A stretch of 32,000 nucleotides of DNA from an uncultured Balneola sp. (GTDB lineage: Bacteria; Bacteroidota; Rhodothermia; Balneolales; Balneolaceae), in assembly GCA_964505215.1 (NCBI GenBank), contig CAZDGU010000001.1, forward strand, positions 145,760 to 177,759, in the 5' to 3' direction. A program made the translations under genes and the position numbers. This document shows, in pieces, positions 14,923-24,474 of the stretch. The notes under the pieces were generated by a model that worked only from the letters and a program-made list of their open reading frames with translations, ran no database searches and was not told the origin of the DNA. The stretch's first letter is position 1. Each line of letters opens with the position of its first letter.

Positions 14923-14977
14923 TAGAATGTGGCCATTTCTACTTAGTTAGTATATAAACGATTTGATTTATGAACAC

Positions 14978-15212
14978 TTAGCCCGGATTATTCACAAAGA
15001 AATTTGGTTGTGAGCAAGGCGGACTGAAAATGGTAGCGGAAAGGTACCTGCGTACCTTGAGCAACTATTTTCAGTCCAACGCAGCACACGGGCAAATTTC
15101 GAAGCCTATTAAGTGACACTCAAATTTGGGCTATAGCTGTTTTCAATTATATAAATTAATAACAACTACTTAAATATTATTTTTTCTATTTTCATGAATA
15201 ATTCGGGTTAGC
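14978..15212. repeat. possible MITE-like element: imperfect terminal inverted repeats plus a central extended hairpin
   Basis: ttagcccggattattcac (14978-14995) against catgaataattcgggttagc (15193-15212) is inverted with about 14/18 matches. The central hairpin at 15021-15077 has a 17-bp outer stem (GGACTGAAAATGGTAGC / GCAACTATTTTCAGTCC, one mismatch and one G.T) enclosing AAGGTACctgcGTACCTT. Only one copy is in the window. Confidence 0.3.
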
Positions 15213-15249
15213 AGTTGTAGAATGAAAATTTCGGAGCAACTTCTCCACA

Positions 15250-16761
15250 TTAAATAACCTGCTTTCTCATTCGGGCAACCGGCTGATTTAACTGTTCTCT
15301 GTATTTGCTAACCGTTCTGCGAGCCACTTTAAAACCTTTTTCATTCAGCATATTTGTCAACTCCTGGTCGCTGTAAGGCTTTTGTTTGTCTTCCTCATCA
15401 ATCATAGTTTGCAGCAGGTTTTTAACTTCTCTGTTTGATACTTCCTCTCCGCTTTCGGTTTCCAGTCCTTCATTAAAAAAATATTTCAGCTCATAAACCC
15501 CAAAATAGGTTTGTACATATTTGCCATTCACCACCCGCGAAACAGTGGAAATATCCATTCCAATTCGTTCGGCTACATCTTTCAATATCATGGGTTTCAA
15601 ACCTTCACCAAACTTGAAGAACTCTTCCTGCAGCGCCACAATTGTTTTCATGATATTCATGAGCGTGTTCTGCCGCTGGCGGATGGATTCAATAAACCAC
15701 TGGGCTGAATTTATTTTACTCCGCATGAAAGAATGCGTGTCTTCATCCGTCTTTTTCTTCTTTTTAGATTTTATTTCCTCCCACATCTGCTCATATTCCG
15801 GAGATATCCGCAGCGAAGGAGCATTCCGCTGATTTAAGTTAATCACAAATTCACCGCGCTCATTTCCTCCCTCACCCGATTCATTCCAGTACACTTCAAA
15901 GTCGGGCTCTATATAATTCTGGGTTTCTTCCATTCCGGAAGCTACAGCTCCGGGACGCGGATCCATTTGACGAATGGCATCAAACGCTTCCTGCAGCTCC
16001 TCCCGCTCAATATTAAACCGTTGCAGCAGCTTGGTAAAATGCTTTTTTTCAAACGCCTTCCAGGCCTTATCCACAATTTGGATAGCCAGTCCGCGAGCCG
16101 GTAAATCCTTTTTAGAAGCTTTTAGCTGAATAAGCAGGCAGTCTCTTAAATCGCGCGAAGCCACGCCAATGGGATCAAGCTGCTGAATCTTTTTTCGCAC
16201 ATTTTCAACCATTTCCTCATCAACCAGCACGCCTTTATTAAAAGCGATATTATCAACCACCGCCTCCGGCTCTCGCCTAAAATATCCGTCCTCATCCAGC
16301 GAGCCCAATATTTGGTCGGCAATAAGTTCTTCTTCTTCTGTGAGGTCTAAGAAAGACACCTGTCGCTCCAGCTCCTCTAAAAAAGATGCATGGTACGGAT
16401 TGGGCAGCTCCTTCCACTCCTCAATATCCGGGTTGTAGGAAGTGCTGTAATTCTCGCCGTCATATTCTGTATTAGCTTCAAACTCATCCCAATCCACCTC
16501 ATGATCATCCAGGCTTTCCAAAGCATCTTCAGATTCTTCCTTCGCCTGCTCGTCTTCCATCTCCGAAAGGCTTAGCGTTTCCTCAGCATCCTGATCTATC
16601 TCTTCCAGCACCGGGTTGATTTCCATTTCTTCCTTAATGCGCTGCTCAAAGGCAATGGTAGGCAGCTGCAGCAGTTTGATGTACTGCAACTGCTGTGGAG
16701 AAAGCTTTTGCTGTAGGCTTTGCTGCTGTTTTTGTCCTAAATTCTGTCGATTACGGAGCAT
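15250..16761 (-). CDS. rpoN: RNA polymerase sigma-54 factor
   Basis: Gln-rich region I (QKQQQSLQQKLSPQQLQYIKLLQLP), an acidic region II, an HTH, and the RpoN box ARRTVSKYREQL. Confidence 0.97.
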   Translation of the reverse strand: MLRNRQNLGQKQQQSLQQKLSPQQLQYIKLLQLPTIAFEQRIKEEMEINPVLEEIDQDAEETLSLSEMEDEQAKEESEDALESLDDHEVDWDEFEANTEYDGENYSTSYNPDIEEWKELPNPYHASFLEELERQVSFLDLTEEEELIADQILGSLDEDGYFRREPEAVVDNIAFNKGVLVDEEMVENVRKKIQQLDPIGVASRDLRDCLLIQLKASKKDLPARGLAIQIVDKAWKAFEKKHFTKLLQRFNIEREELQEAFDAIRQMDPRPGAVASGMEETQNYIEPDFEVYWNESGEGGNERGEFVINLNQRNAPSLRISPEYEQMWEEIKSKKKKKTDEDTHSFMRSKINSAQWFIESIRQRQNTLMNIMKTIVALQEEFFKFGEGLKPMILKDVAERIGMDISTVSRVVNGKYVQTYFGVYELKYFFNEGLETESGEEVSNREVKNLLQTMIDEEDKQKPYSDQELTNMLNEKGFKVARRTVSKYREQLNQPVARMRKQVI

Positions 16762-17342
16762 TAATCACCTTTATTACGAATTTCTTTACAAGCTTCCATA
16801 AAAGTTTGATACCATTTTTCACCGTATCGGCGAACCAATGGTTTTTCAAGAAATTCAGCTAAATAAATGTCTTCGTCTTTACCTTTTTCGCATGCAACGG
16901 AGCATAGTTTGGGAACATACTCAAAATTCGCATAATCAAAATCAGCTATGCGCCTCAGCCGAACCGGAAATAAGTGGCAGCTAATGGGTTTTTCCCATCC
17001 GAACCGGCCTTCAAAGTAAGCTTTTTGAATAGCGCAATAAGCTACTTCGTTTTCATCATACTGCACAAAAACGCATTCGGCATTATCTACGGCAGAAAGT
17101 TCGTAACCGGTTTGAGCCGTCCCGATAACCACCCCGTCTCGCTCTGCAACTTCTACGGCTTCGGGGCGCAATTCATCTTTTAAGGTGTGATAGGCTTTAT
17201 GCAAAATCGGTACCTCCTCTTTAGAAACCGGAGCTCCGGCATCGCCAACTACGCAACAGGCGCCTTTACAACGCGGCAAGTCGCACGCAAATTTAGCGGT
17301 AGCAATGTCTTCAGATAATATAGTATTTTCTACTTTAAACAT
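16761..17342 (-). CDS. DUF3109 family Cys-rich protein
   Basis: N-terminus MFKVENTILSEDIATAKFACDLPRCKGACCVVGDAGAPV is typical of DUF3109 as I recall it. The stop overlaps the rpoN start (TAATG on the minus strand). Confidence 0.7.
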   Translation of the reverse strand: MFKVENTILSEDIATAKFACDLPRCKGACCVVGDAGAPVSKEEVPILHKAYHTLKDELRPEAVEVAERDGVVIGTAQTGYELSAVDNAECVFVQYDENEVAYCAIQKAYFEGRFGWEKPISCHLFPVRLRRIADFDYANFEYVPKLCSVACEKGKDEDIYLAEFLEKPLVRRYGEKWYQTFMEACKEIRNKGD

Positions 17343-17487
17343 GACTCAAGATAACAATCAGTACAACACTTTTCGATGAATAACGCTAATTTAAAAAGAA
17401 ATTTTCGGAAGCCTGCATTTAAAACAAAATCAATCTTTTTACCGCTTATAATTTGTGATAATTTTAGAGGGGCTCTATCTTAACCGT

Positions 17488-17754
17488 ATGAGAAAATTAA
17501 CTCCTTCGGAACGAAAAATATTAGATCGACTCATTTTCCCCGAGCCCTTTTCCGTTATAATGGAAGAAACGGAGCTGAAGTTTGGCGAACTCCGGGATGA
17601 TATAATCAATTTAATGAATTCCCGGCTTATCGAAGTCATAAATCCTGATCACCCCGCAGAAAATAGAACCCCGTTTTTCGATTCTGATAATGTTCAGGAT
17701 GCAACTTATCAAATCACCAAGTCCGGAATTAATCACATGAAAAGGAATAAATGA
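17488..17754 (+). CDS. small hypothetical protein (possibly winged-helix-like)
   Basis: The ORF is open from a GTG at 17455, and ATG 17488 (MRKLTPSERKILDRL...) is the more plausible start. It has an ATGA overlap with the next gene. No recognisable family. Confidence 0.45.
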   Translation: MRKLTPSERKILDRLIFPEPFSVIMEETELKFGELRDDIINLMNSRLIEVINPDHPAENRTPFFDSDNVQDATYQITKSGINHMKRNK

Positions 17755-18257
17755 AATTTCAAGCAACTATTGGGGACACCCCGCACGAAATAGAAATTGA
17801 CGCAGAAAAGAACACCTTTACCGGGACAGAACAATCAGGAAACTTTCATTTTGAGCTCGTAAATGGCCGATATATTCTGCGTACGGGAACAAAAACTTAT
17901 AAGCTGGATAATGTAGAGTACAACGGCTCAGAAATTCGTTTTTCGATGAACGGCGTTTGGCACTCGGTTGATGTGAAGGATGAGCAGGAACTGCTTTTAG
18001 ACCGGCTCGGGTTCAAAACCGGAGCTGCTACTGCTGAAGGAATTCTGAAAGCACCAATGCCCGGTAAAATTCTGGAACTAATGGTAACTGAAGGCGATGA
18101 AGTGGAAAAAGATCAGCCTTTGGTAATTTTAGAAGCCATGAAAATGGAAAACGAATTAAAAGCTCCGATAAGCGGAACTATCACCGAGCTAAGTGCCGAA
18201 ACCGGCGATTCATTAGAAAAAAACTCACCTATACTGGAGATCGAACCCATTGGATAA
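17751..18257 (+). CDS. biotin/lipoyl attachment domain protein (BCCP-like)
   Basis: C-terminal biotinyl domain with LEAMKMENELKAP (AMKM biotinylation motif). Confidence 0.8.
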   Translation: MKFQATIGDTPHEIEIDAEKNTFTGTEQSGNFHFELVNGRYILRTGTKTYKLDNVEYNGSEIRFSMNGVWHSVDVKDEQELLLDRLGFKTGAATAEGILKAPMPGKILELMVTEGDEVEKDQPLVILEAMKMENELKAPISGTITELSAETGDSLEKNSPILEIEPIG

Positions 18258-19521
18258 ATTTATTATAGAAGGCGGCAATCCTCTGAAAGGAACTATTCCC
18301 ATCAGCGGCTCTAAAAATGCTGCTTTGCCACTTATGGCTGCCTCACTGCTCGGCAACTCGCCATCCACCATTTATAACATTCCCCGGCTGCAAGACATTT
18401 ACACCTTCAATAATGTGATTCGTGTAGTGGGCGCGCCCGTGCAATTTAGCGAATCTGAAAACACGCTGGTGATAGACCCAACCCGCGTTAACCATCTGGA
18501 AGCCCCCTATGATTTGGTACGAAAAATGCGGGCATCGTTTTATATGCTGGGTGCTTTGGTAGGAAAACACGGCTACGGAAAAGTTTCATTGCCCGGTGGC
18601 TGTGCTTGGGGACCTCGTCCCGTTGATTTGCACCTGAAAGGCATGGAAGCCATGGGAATATCTATTAAGCTGGAGAAAGGATATGTAATTGCCCAAGCAG
18701 ACGAAAAAACCGAAGGCGGAAGCTTTACTTTAGAACCCAGCAGCGTAGGCGCTACGGTAAACTTATTGCTGGCAGCGGTTTTAAAAGCTAAAAAATTTAC
18801 CCTTCATAACGCCGCCAAAGAACCGGATGTAGTGCAGCTTTGTAACTTCTTGGTTCAAATGGGAGCTGATATTGAAGGCATAGGCACCGACACGCTAACC
18901 GTAAAAGCCGTAGATGAGTTATCAGGAATTGAATATTCTAACGATCCCGATCGTATTGAATTAGGTACTTTTATGATTGCCGGAGCCATGTTTCCGGGCT
19001 CGGAGCTCACCCTCACCGGTTGCAATCCCAAGCATTTAGGCAATTTCACCAAAAAACTAAAACAAACCGGCACTTCTGTTGAAATAGACGGAACCGATAT
19101 TCACATAAAAGCTCCCGATAAGCTTAAACCGGTTTCCATAAAAGCCGAAATCTATCCCGGCTTCCCCACCGACTTACAAGCCCAATGGGCCACCATGATG
19201 ACCCAAGCCCAAGGCGAATCGAAAGTAACCGATACCGTTTATTTTGACCGCTTCAGCTACGTCCCCGAACTGACCCGGCTGGGAGCTGATATGGAAGTCA
19301 AAAAGAACACGGTTATTATTTCGGGAAAAACTCCGCTTACCGGAGCCTCCGTAATGAGCACCGATTTACGAGCCAGCGTCAGTTTAGTGTTAGCGGCTTT
19401 GGTTGCTAAAAACTCCTCAGAAGTGCTGCGCATATATCATTTAGATCGCGGCTATGAATCGCTCGAAAGCAAACTAACCAACGTAGGAGCCAAAATTAAG
19501 CGCGTAGATGACGGAGATTAA
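18250..19521 (+). CDS. murA: UDP-N-acetylglucosamine 1-carboxyvinyltransferase
   Basis: MDKFIIEGGNPLKGTIPISGSKNAALPLMAASLL and the active-site region LPGGCAWGPRPVDLH. It has a TTG start that overlaps the upstream gene by 8 nt. Confidence 0.97.
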   Translation: MDKFIIEGGNPLKGTIPISGSKNAALPLMAASLLGNSPSTIYNIPRLQDIYTFNNVIRVVGAPVQFSESENTLVIDPTRVNHLEAPYDLVRKMRASFYMLGALVGKHGYGKVSLPGGCAWGPRPVDLHLKGMEAMGISIKLEKGYVIAQADEKTEGGSFTLEPSSVGATVNLLLAAVLKAKKFTLHNAAKEPDVVQLCNFLVQMGADIEGIGTDTLTVKAVDELSGIEYSNDPDRIELGTFMIAGAMFPGSELTLTGCNPKHLGNFTKKLKQTGTSVEIDGTDIHIKAPDKLKPVSIKAEIYPGFPTDLQAQWATMMTQAQGESKVTDTVYFDRFSYVPELTRLGADMEVKKNTVIISGKTPLTGASVMSTDLRASVSLVLAALVAKNSSEVLRIYHLDRGYESLESKLTNVGAKIKRVDDGD

Positions 19522-19529
19522 GAACTCAT

Positions 19530-19670
19530 AAAATCCTGAGCATCCCCAAAATGCCGGCCAATCCCGGTTCAAACACCCAGTCATTAAACTAGGATTTTTA
19601 GGATTAGTGGATTTATAAGATTAAAACAAATCCGCGCCATCAGCGAAATCTGCTTAATCTGTGATTCTAA
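19530..19670 (+). repeat. Family-C repeat, copy C1 (about 140 bp)
   Basis: aatcctga.catccc.aaat.cc.gccaatcc.g.ttcaaaca...gggatttttaggattagtggatttataagattaaaacaaatccgcgccatcagc.aaatc..cttaatc.g.gattc. It recurs at 19921-20065. Its first module is shared with the 3' tail of family B. Confidence 0.85.
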
Positions 19671-19920
19671 TACCCATTTTTTGAATCACGGATTAAACGG
19701 ATTAAAGGATTTCGCGGATGGAGGACACAGCTTCCAAGTTTTATTCCATCTTACTATAGAAACCCTAACGAACACCCGCCCTGAAAGGGCGCAACCCCAA
19801 TAACTGCGGGTGAAGCTTGCGAAACCCGCAGTAATGCAACCTCCTCGACGCCAAACCCCCAACGGGGTTAAACTACATGCCCGAACAATCAGAAACATTT
19901 AGCAAACCAAAGCATTCATC

Positions 19921-20065
19921 AAAAAATCCTGACTATCCCATAAATCCCAGCCAATCCTGATTCAAACATCTTCTTTTTAAACCGGGATTTTTAAGATTAT
20001 CGGATTTATAAGATTAAAAACAAATCCGTGCCATCAGCTCAATCCCCTTAATCCGCGATTCAAAA
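19921..20065 (+). repeat. Family-C repeat, copy C2
   Basis: A direct repeat of C1, about 391 bp downstream. Confidence 0.85.
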
Positions 20066-20216
20066 CCAAAGGTTAGATAATGGGAAGCCGGAGCTTAGCA
20101 ACGAGGACAAAAATAATTTCAAGCCGGTTAAATAATCCCAAAAATGGCTAACATTAATCCTTATTCAGAGTTATATTGAGCTTTAGAATAATCGACAAAA
20201 TAAATTTTTTTTATCC

Positions 20217-20244
20217 TTGTTTTTAATTGCTTAACGCATATAAT
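20217..20244 (+). promoter_or_regulatory. candidate sigma-70-type promoter for the RNase E/G gene
   Basis: TTGTTT, a 16-nt spacer, then TATAAT (perfect -10). This would give a leader of about 295 nt. It is uncertain whether this lineage uses the classical -35/-10 or the Bacteroidota TTG/TAnnTTTG type. Confidence 0.3.
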
Positions 20245-20542
20245 ACATATCAAGCACAAACTCTAAAGGCATCAATGACTTACTATTGGACCGATGCCTG
20301 TATCGATTTTTTCTTTATCTGCGGATTATTTCTACACACTATTACGCAGAACCCCTTTTCTGATTCCCAACAGGAATCCCCTAATACAAAATTTTTAACA
20401 GATATTACTCTCGGAGCAGCCGCTCGATCGTTTGCTTTCAACCCCACCCTCAGTCATGAGACCGTAATTGACATTCACCGTAAATTTAAGCGTTGGTTTG
20501 TTTGCTGCGGATTCAGTGGCTTCCGAGAAAGGACACATTTTA

Positions 20543-22288
20543 ATGAAGAACCAAATTATTATACACTCTTCGGGAAACCAAACCCGAATAGCGCTTTTAG
20601 AAAACAGCGAGTTAGCGCAACTTTTTATAGAAACAGAAGAAAACCAGCGCACGGTTGGCAATATTTATGTAGCTAAAGTACACAAAGTACTTAGTGGAAT
20701 TCGTGCTGCTTTTATTGATATGGGTACCCCGAAGGATGCTTTCCTTCACTTTTCTGATGCCGGTGATCACCTCAATGAATACATCACCAAACTTAACGGT
20801 CCCAATGCCATTCCCAGCCACGCCAAGGAAGATCTCAAAAAGAAAGACCAGCTATCTAATGTAGAAAAGCAGGTTTTAGCCGGTAAAATGCTGCGTACCG
20901 GGCAAAAACTATTGGTGCAAATTGTTAAAGAACCTATTGGTTCCAAAGGTCCGCGTATTTCTACGGATATTACCATTGCCGGGCGGTTTTTGGTGCTCAT
21001 TCCCATGGGTGATTATATCGCCGTTTCTAAGAAAATTGGCCACTATAAAGAACGCCGCCGGCTGAAAGGAATTCTGAACCACATGGTACCCGATGGTTTT
21101 GGCGTAATTGTACGTACGGTAGCAAAAGGTCAGGATAAGCAAGCTCTTGAGGATGATCTCCGTAATGTTCTTAAAAAATGGGATCAAATTTTAGATAAGC
21201 TGGAACATGCTAAACCGCCTTCTCTGCTATACCGCGACCTAAATATGACGGAGAGTTTAATTCGTGATTTATTCGCTAAAAATTACGATCGCGTACTTAT
21301 TGATGACCCTGCTTTATTTAGACAAATAAAATCATATGTAAGTCAGATTGCGCCTCAAATGGTCCCTAATGTGGAGCTTTACAAAGGCAAGGAGCATATT
21401 TTTGATTTCATGAAAATTGCTCACGATGTAAACTCCATATTCAGCCCTAAAGTGCGCATGAAGTCGGGCGGATATCTTATTTTTGAGCAAACAGAAGCCA
21501 TGTATGTGGTAGATGTAAACTCCGGGCCGTATGCTGCCAAGAAAAGACAGGAAGACAACTCACTCAAAACCAATCTGGAGGCCGCTCGCGAAATTGCAAA
21601 GCAGCTGCGCCTGAGAGATATTGGCGGAATTATAGTAGTTGATTTCATTGACCTGCGGGATGATAAAAACCGTAAGAAAATATTTGATGAGCTCAAGAAA
21701 GAGTTTGTAAAAGACCCGGCTAAGACGAATGTAATTGGGATGAGTGATTTTGGACTGGTTCAGATAACCCGCCAGAGAATTCGCCCCAGCGTAGTGAACT
21801 CCGTTTCCAAAGTGTGCCCTGTTTGCGGCGGCTCAGGTAATGTAGTAACGCATGATACCATTCTCACCGATTTAGAAACCTGGTTGAGCAAGTTTAAACA
21901 CAACACCAGCTATCGTGCCGTAGATTTGTATGTAAACCCATACTTAAAATCGGTACTTACCAAAGGCATGATGAGTACCCGCTGGAAGTGGATGGTTAAA
22001 TACCGTATTAAAATTTCATTTGTTGCAGACGAAACCGTTTCAATGAATGAATTTCGTGCTACCTTGGTTGGCTCAGATATAGACATTACTGATATTGTGA
22101 TGAGAGACGAGTCTATTGAAGCTGTTTTAGAACGGGAAGGCGAACTTATAGAGCTGGCCAGCGGAAAAGGTGACAAAACAAATCTGGATATCTCAAAAAA
22201 AGAACGTCAGGACAGAAGCAGATCGTCAGGTCGTAATGACAATTCGAACGAAAAGAGAAATTCCAAGTACTATAAATCAAGGAATTAA
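20543..22288 (+). CDS. rng: ribonuclease E/G family endoribonuclease
   Basis: The likely start is ATG 20543 (MKNQIIIHSSGNQTRIALLENSELAQLFIE); the track ORF starts upstream at an alternative codon. S1 domain (GNIYVAKVHKVLSGIRAAFIDMG), a catalytic core (AMYVVDVNSG, GGIIVVDFIDL), and a CPVCGGSG zinc-link-like motif. Basic Ser/Arg/Lys/Asn C-terminal tail. Confidence 0.9.
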   Translation: MKNQIIIHSSGNQTRIALLENSELAQLFIETEENQRTVGNIYVAKVHKVLSGIRAAFIDMGTPKDAFLHFSDAGDHLNEYITKLNGPNAIPSHAKEDLKKKDQLSNVEKQVLAGKMLRTGQKLLVQIVKEPIGSKGPRISTDITIAGRFLVLIPMGDYIAVSKKIGHYKERRRLKGILNHMVPDGFGVIVRTVAKGQDKQALEDDLRNVLKKWDQILDKLEHAKPPSLLYRDLNMTESLIRDLFAKNYDRVLIDDPALFRQIKSYVSQIAPQMVPNVELYKGKEHIFDFMKIAHDVNSIFSPKVRMKSGGYLIFEQTEAMYVVDVNSGPYAAKKRQEDNSLKTNLEAAREIAKQLRLRDIGGIIVVDFIDLRDDKNRKKIFDELKKEFVKDPAKTNVIGMSDFGLVQITRQRIRPSVVNSVSKVCPVCGGSGNVVTHDTILTDLETWLSKFKHNTSYRAVDLYVNPYLKSVLTKGMMSTRWKWMVKYRIKISFVADETVSMNEFRATLVGSDIDITDIVMRDESIEAVLEREGELIELASGKGDKTNLDISKKERQDRSRSSGRNDNSNEKRNSKYYKSRN

Positions 22289-22350
22289 TTCTTGGCTTGG
22301 TTTTTGTACCTCACTGTCTGTTACCAACAATTTTTAATAGCATTTATTGA

Positions 22351-22899
22351 ATGAGTTTATCTGAATTACACGCAACAACTGTAGTGGGCGTTATCCATAA
22401 TGGAAAAGCGGCTATTGGCAGCGACGGGCAAGCAACTATGGATAAAACCGTAATGAAAAGCACCGTCAAAAAAGTTCGTAAATTATACGATGGCAAAATA
22501 TTAGCCGGCTTTGCAGGCTCTACTGCCGATGCTTTCACCCTCTTTGAAAAATATGAAGAGAAGCTGAACGAGTATAACGGAAGCATGGAGCGAGCAGCGG
22601 TTGAGTTAGCTAAAGAATGGCGCAAAGATAAGTTTCTGCAAAAGCTGCAAGCGCTGCTAATTGTAATGAATAACGAGAAGGCTTTGGTTATTTCAGGCCA
22701 GGGTGATGTTATTGAACCTGATGATGAAATTGCCACCATTGGAAGCGGCGGTTCGTATGCACTTTCGGCAGCCCGGGCCATGACCAAACATGCACCAGAA
22801 TTATCGGCCGCCCGAATCGTTGAAGATGCACTGCACATTGCAGCCGATATCGATATTTATACGAATCACAACCTTACGATTTTAGAAATTGACGAATAA
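22351..22899 (+). CDS. hslV: ATP-dependent protease subunit HslV
   Basis: The catalytic N-terminal Thr context [21 protein letters not shown] and [17 protein letters not shown]. Confidence 0.97.
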   Translation: MSLSELHATTVVGVIHNGKAAIGSDGQATMDKTVMKSTVKKVRKLYDGKILAGFAGSTADAFTLFEKYEEKLNEYNGSMERAAVELAKEWRKDKFLQKLQALLIVMNNEKALVISGQGDVIEPDDEIATIGSGGSYALSAARAMTKHAPELSAARIVEDALHIAADIDIYTNHNLTILEIDE

Positions 22900-22903
22900 T
22901 ATT

Positions 22904-24310
22904 ATGTTAACCATTGAAGAAAGAAACTTGACTCCCCAGCAGATTGTCGCAGAATTGGACAAATATATTGTGGGGCAGAAATCAGCCAAACGCTCCGTTT
23001 CCATTGCACTTAGAAACCGCTGGAGAAGGCTGCATTCCGATGAAGAAATCAGAGATGAAATTCTCCCCAACAATATTTTATTAATAGGGCCAACCGGTGT
23101 GGGTAAAACTGAAATTGCCCGCCGTTTAGCTAAATTGGCCCACGCGCCCTTTATGAAAGTAGAGGCATCCAAGTTCACAGAAGTTGGATATGTAGGGCGT
23201 GATGTTGAATCTATGATTCGCGATCTCACCGATGTAGCCATCAACATGGTGAAGCGCGAAATGCAGGACCGTGTTAAAGAAAAAGCGGCTCACAGAGCTG
23301 AAGAACGCATTCTCGACATCTTAATTCCACCGGTTAAAAAAAGCGGTGTTGGTTTTGGGAGCTCCGCACAAAACGAAGGATTTGACCCCGAAAAAGCCAG
23401 CGATGGAGAGTTAAATGAGCGTACCCGAGAACGATTCCGTGAAAAACTTCGAAATGAAGAACTCGAAGAGCGCGAAATAGAGATTGAGGTGCAATCAACC
23501 AAAAACCCCATGATGAAAGTATTTGGCCCGCAAGGGATGGAAGAAATGGGCATTAACCTCCAAGATATGCTGGGCAATCTGGGGAAAGGCAATAACAAAG
23601 CAAAACGAAAGGTTCCCATCAGTGAGGCTCGCGAAATTCTAACCGAACAAGAGGCTGAGAAGCTGATTGATCATGAGTCGGCCGTACAGGAAGCCTTGGA
23701 GCGCGTACAGAAGCAAGGCATTGTATTTATTGATGAGATTGACAAAATTGCGGAGTCTTCTTCCGGCGGTGGAAAAGGCGGCCCCGATGTAAGCCGACAA
23801 GGCGTACAGCGCGACCTCCTCCCTATTGTGGAAGGAAGCTCGGTAAGTACCAAGCATGGAATCGTAAAAACAGACCATATTCTATTTATCGGTTCCGGAG
23901 CTTTTCACGTATCTAAACCATCCGATTTAATTCCTGAACTGCAAGGGCGTTTTCCAATTCGGGTTGAGCTTAATTCGCTCACCGAAAGTGATTTCATAGA
24001 TATTTTATCTAAGCCTAAAAATGCACTCACCAAACAATACATAGCCATGCTAAAAACCGAAGGCGTGTCTATAGAGTTTAATGATGAAGCCATCCGGGAA
24101 GTTGCCCGTATAGCTGCAGAAGTAAATGCTTCCGTAGAAAACATCGGAGCCCGACGCTTGCACACCATCATGTCTTCTCTGTTTGATGAACTCCTGTTTG
24201 CCGTTCCGGACGATATTAACTCCGGCCACATTACCATTGATCGAGCGTATGTTGACAAACAACTTACCGGCATCGCAAAAGACAAAGATCTGAGCCACTA
24301 TATACTTTAA
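22904..24310 (+). CDS. hslU: ATP-dependent protease ATPase subunit HslU
   Basis: [17 protein letters not shown], Walker [16 protein letters not shown], Walker [11 protein letters not shown], and the sensor region. ATG 22904 is preferred over the TTG at 22889. Confidence 0.97.
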   Translation: MLTIEERNLTPQQIVAELDKYIVGQKSAKRSVSIALRNRWRRLHSDEEIRDEILPNNILLIGPTGVGKTEIARRLAKLAHAPFMKVEASKFTEVGYVGRDVESMIRDLTDVAINMVKREMQDRVKEKAAHRAEERILDILIPPVKKSGVGFGSSAQNEGFDPEKASDGELNERTRERFREKLRNEELEEREIEIEVQSTKNPMMKVFGPQGMEEMGINLQDMLGNLGKGNNKAKRKVPISEAREILTEQEAEKLIDHESAVQEALERVQKQGIVFIDEIDKIAESSSGGGKGGPDVSRQGVQRDLLPIVEGSSVSTKHGIVKTDHILFIGSGAFHVSKPSDLIPELQGRFPIRVELNSLTESDFIDILSKPKNALTKQYIAMLKTEGVSIEFNDEAIREVARIAAEVNASVENIGARRLHTIMSSLFDELLFAVPDDINSGHITIDRAYVDKQLTGIAKDKDLSHYIL

Positions 24311-24474
24311 ATAATACCGTTGCTCTGCCAGCTAAAATATAGAAAACCGCACATCCCAAATTTTTGGGAGAAAATTTAAAGTAAGATTGTACTATATACT
24401 TTTATTTGCTACAATCGTTACCATTGTGCCATTTGCCCTTATTTTAGTTAAAGCACTAACACTATTGACGTAAG

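Noticed and set aside
19686-19898. A 70-aa minus-strand ORF between the C repeats.
   Set aside because: It lies entirely in hairpin/periodic repeat sequence, and its composition (Arg/Cys/Trp/Gly) is typical of repeat read-through.
20227-20676. A 149-aa + strand ORF upstream of and overlapping the RNase E/G gene, together with the alternative upstream start at 20468 for the RNase ORF.
   Set aside because: The RNase family N-terminus (MKNQIIIHSSGNQTRIALLEN...) begins at ATG 20543. The upstream extension and the 149-aa ORF have no family resemblance and fall in a probable leader.
22344-22838. A 164-aa minus-strand ORF, and other long antisense ORFs (for example 8983-9339, 12877-13242, 22882-23247, 23905-24285, 24889-25317).
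   Set aside because: Each lies completely inside a confidently identified gene on the opposite strand (hslV, the usher-like gene, the motA-like gene, hslU, the S41 peptidase). These are shadow ORFs.
24340-24375. A possible terminator after hslU (tcccaaatttttggga).
   Set aside because: The stem is only about 5-6 A/T-rich base pairs with a tiny loop and no clear U-tract, which is too weak to call.
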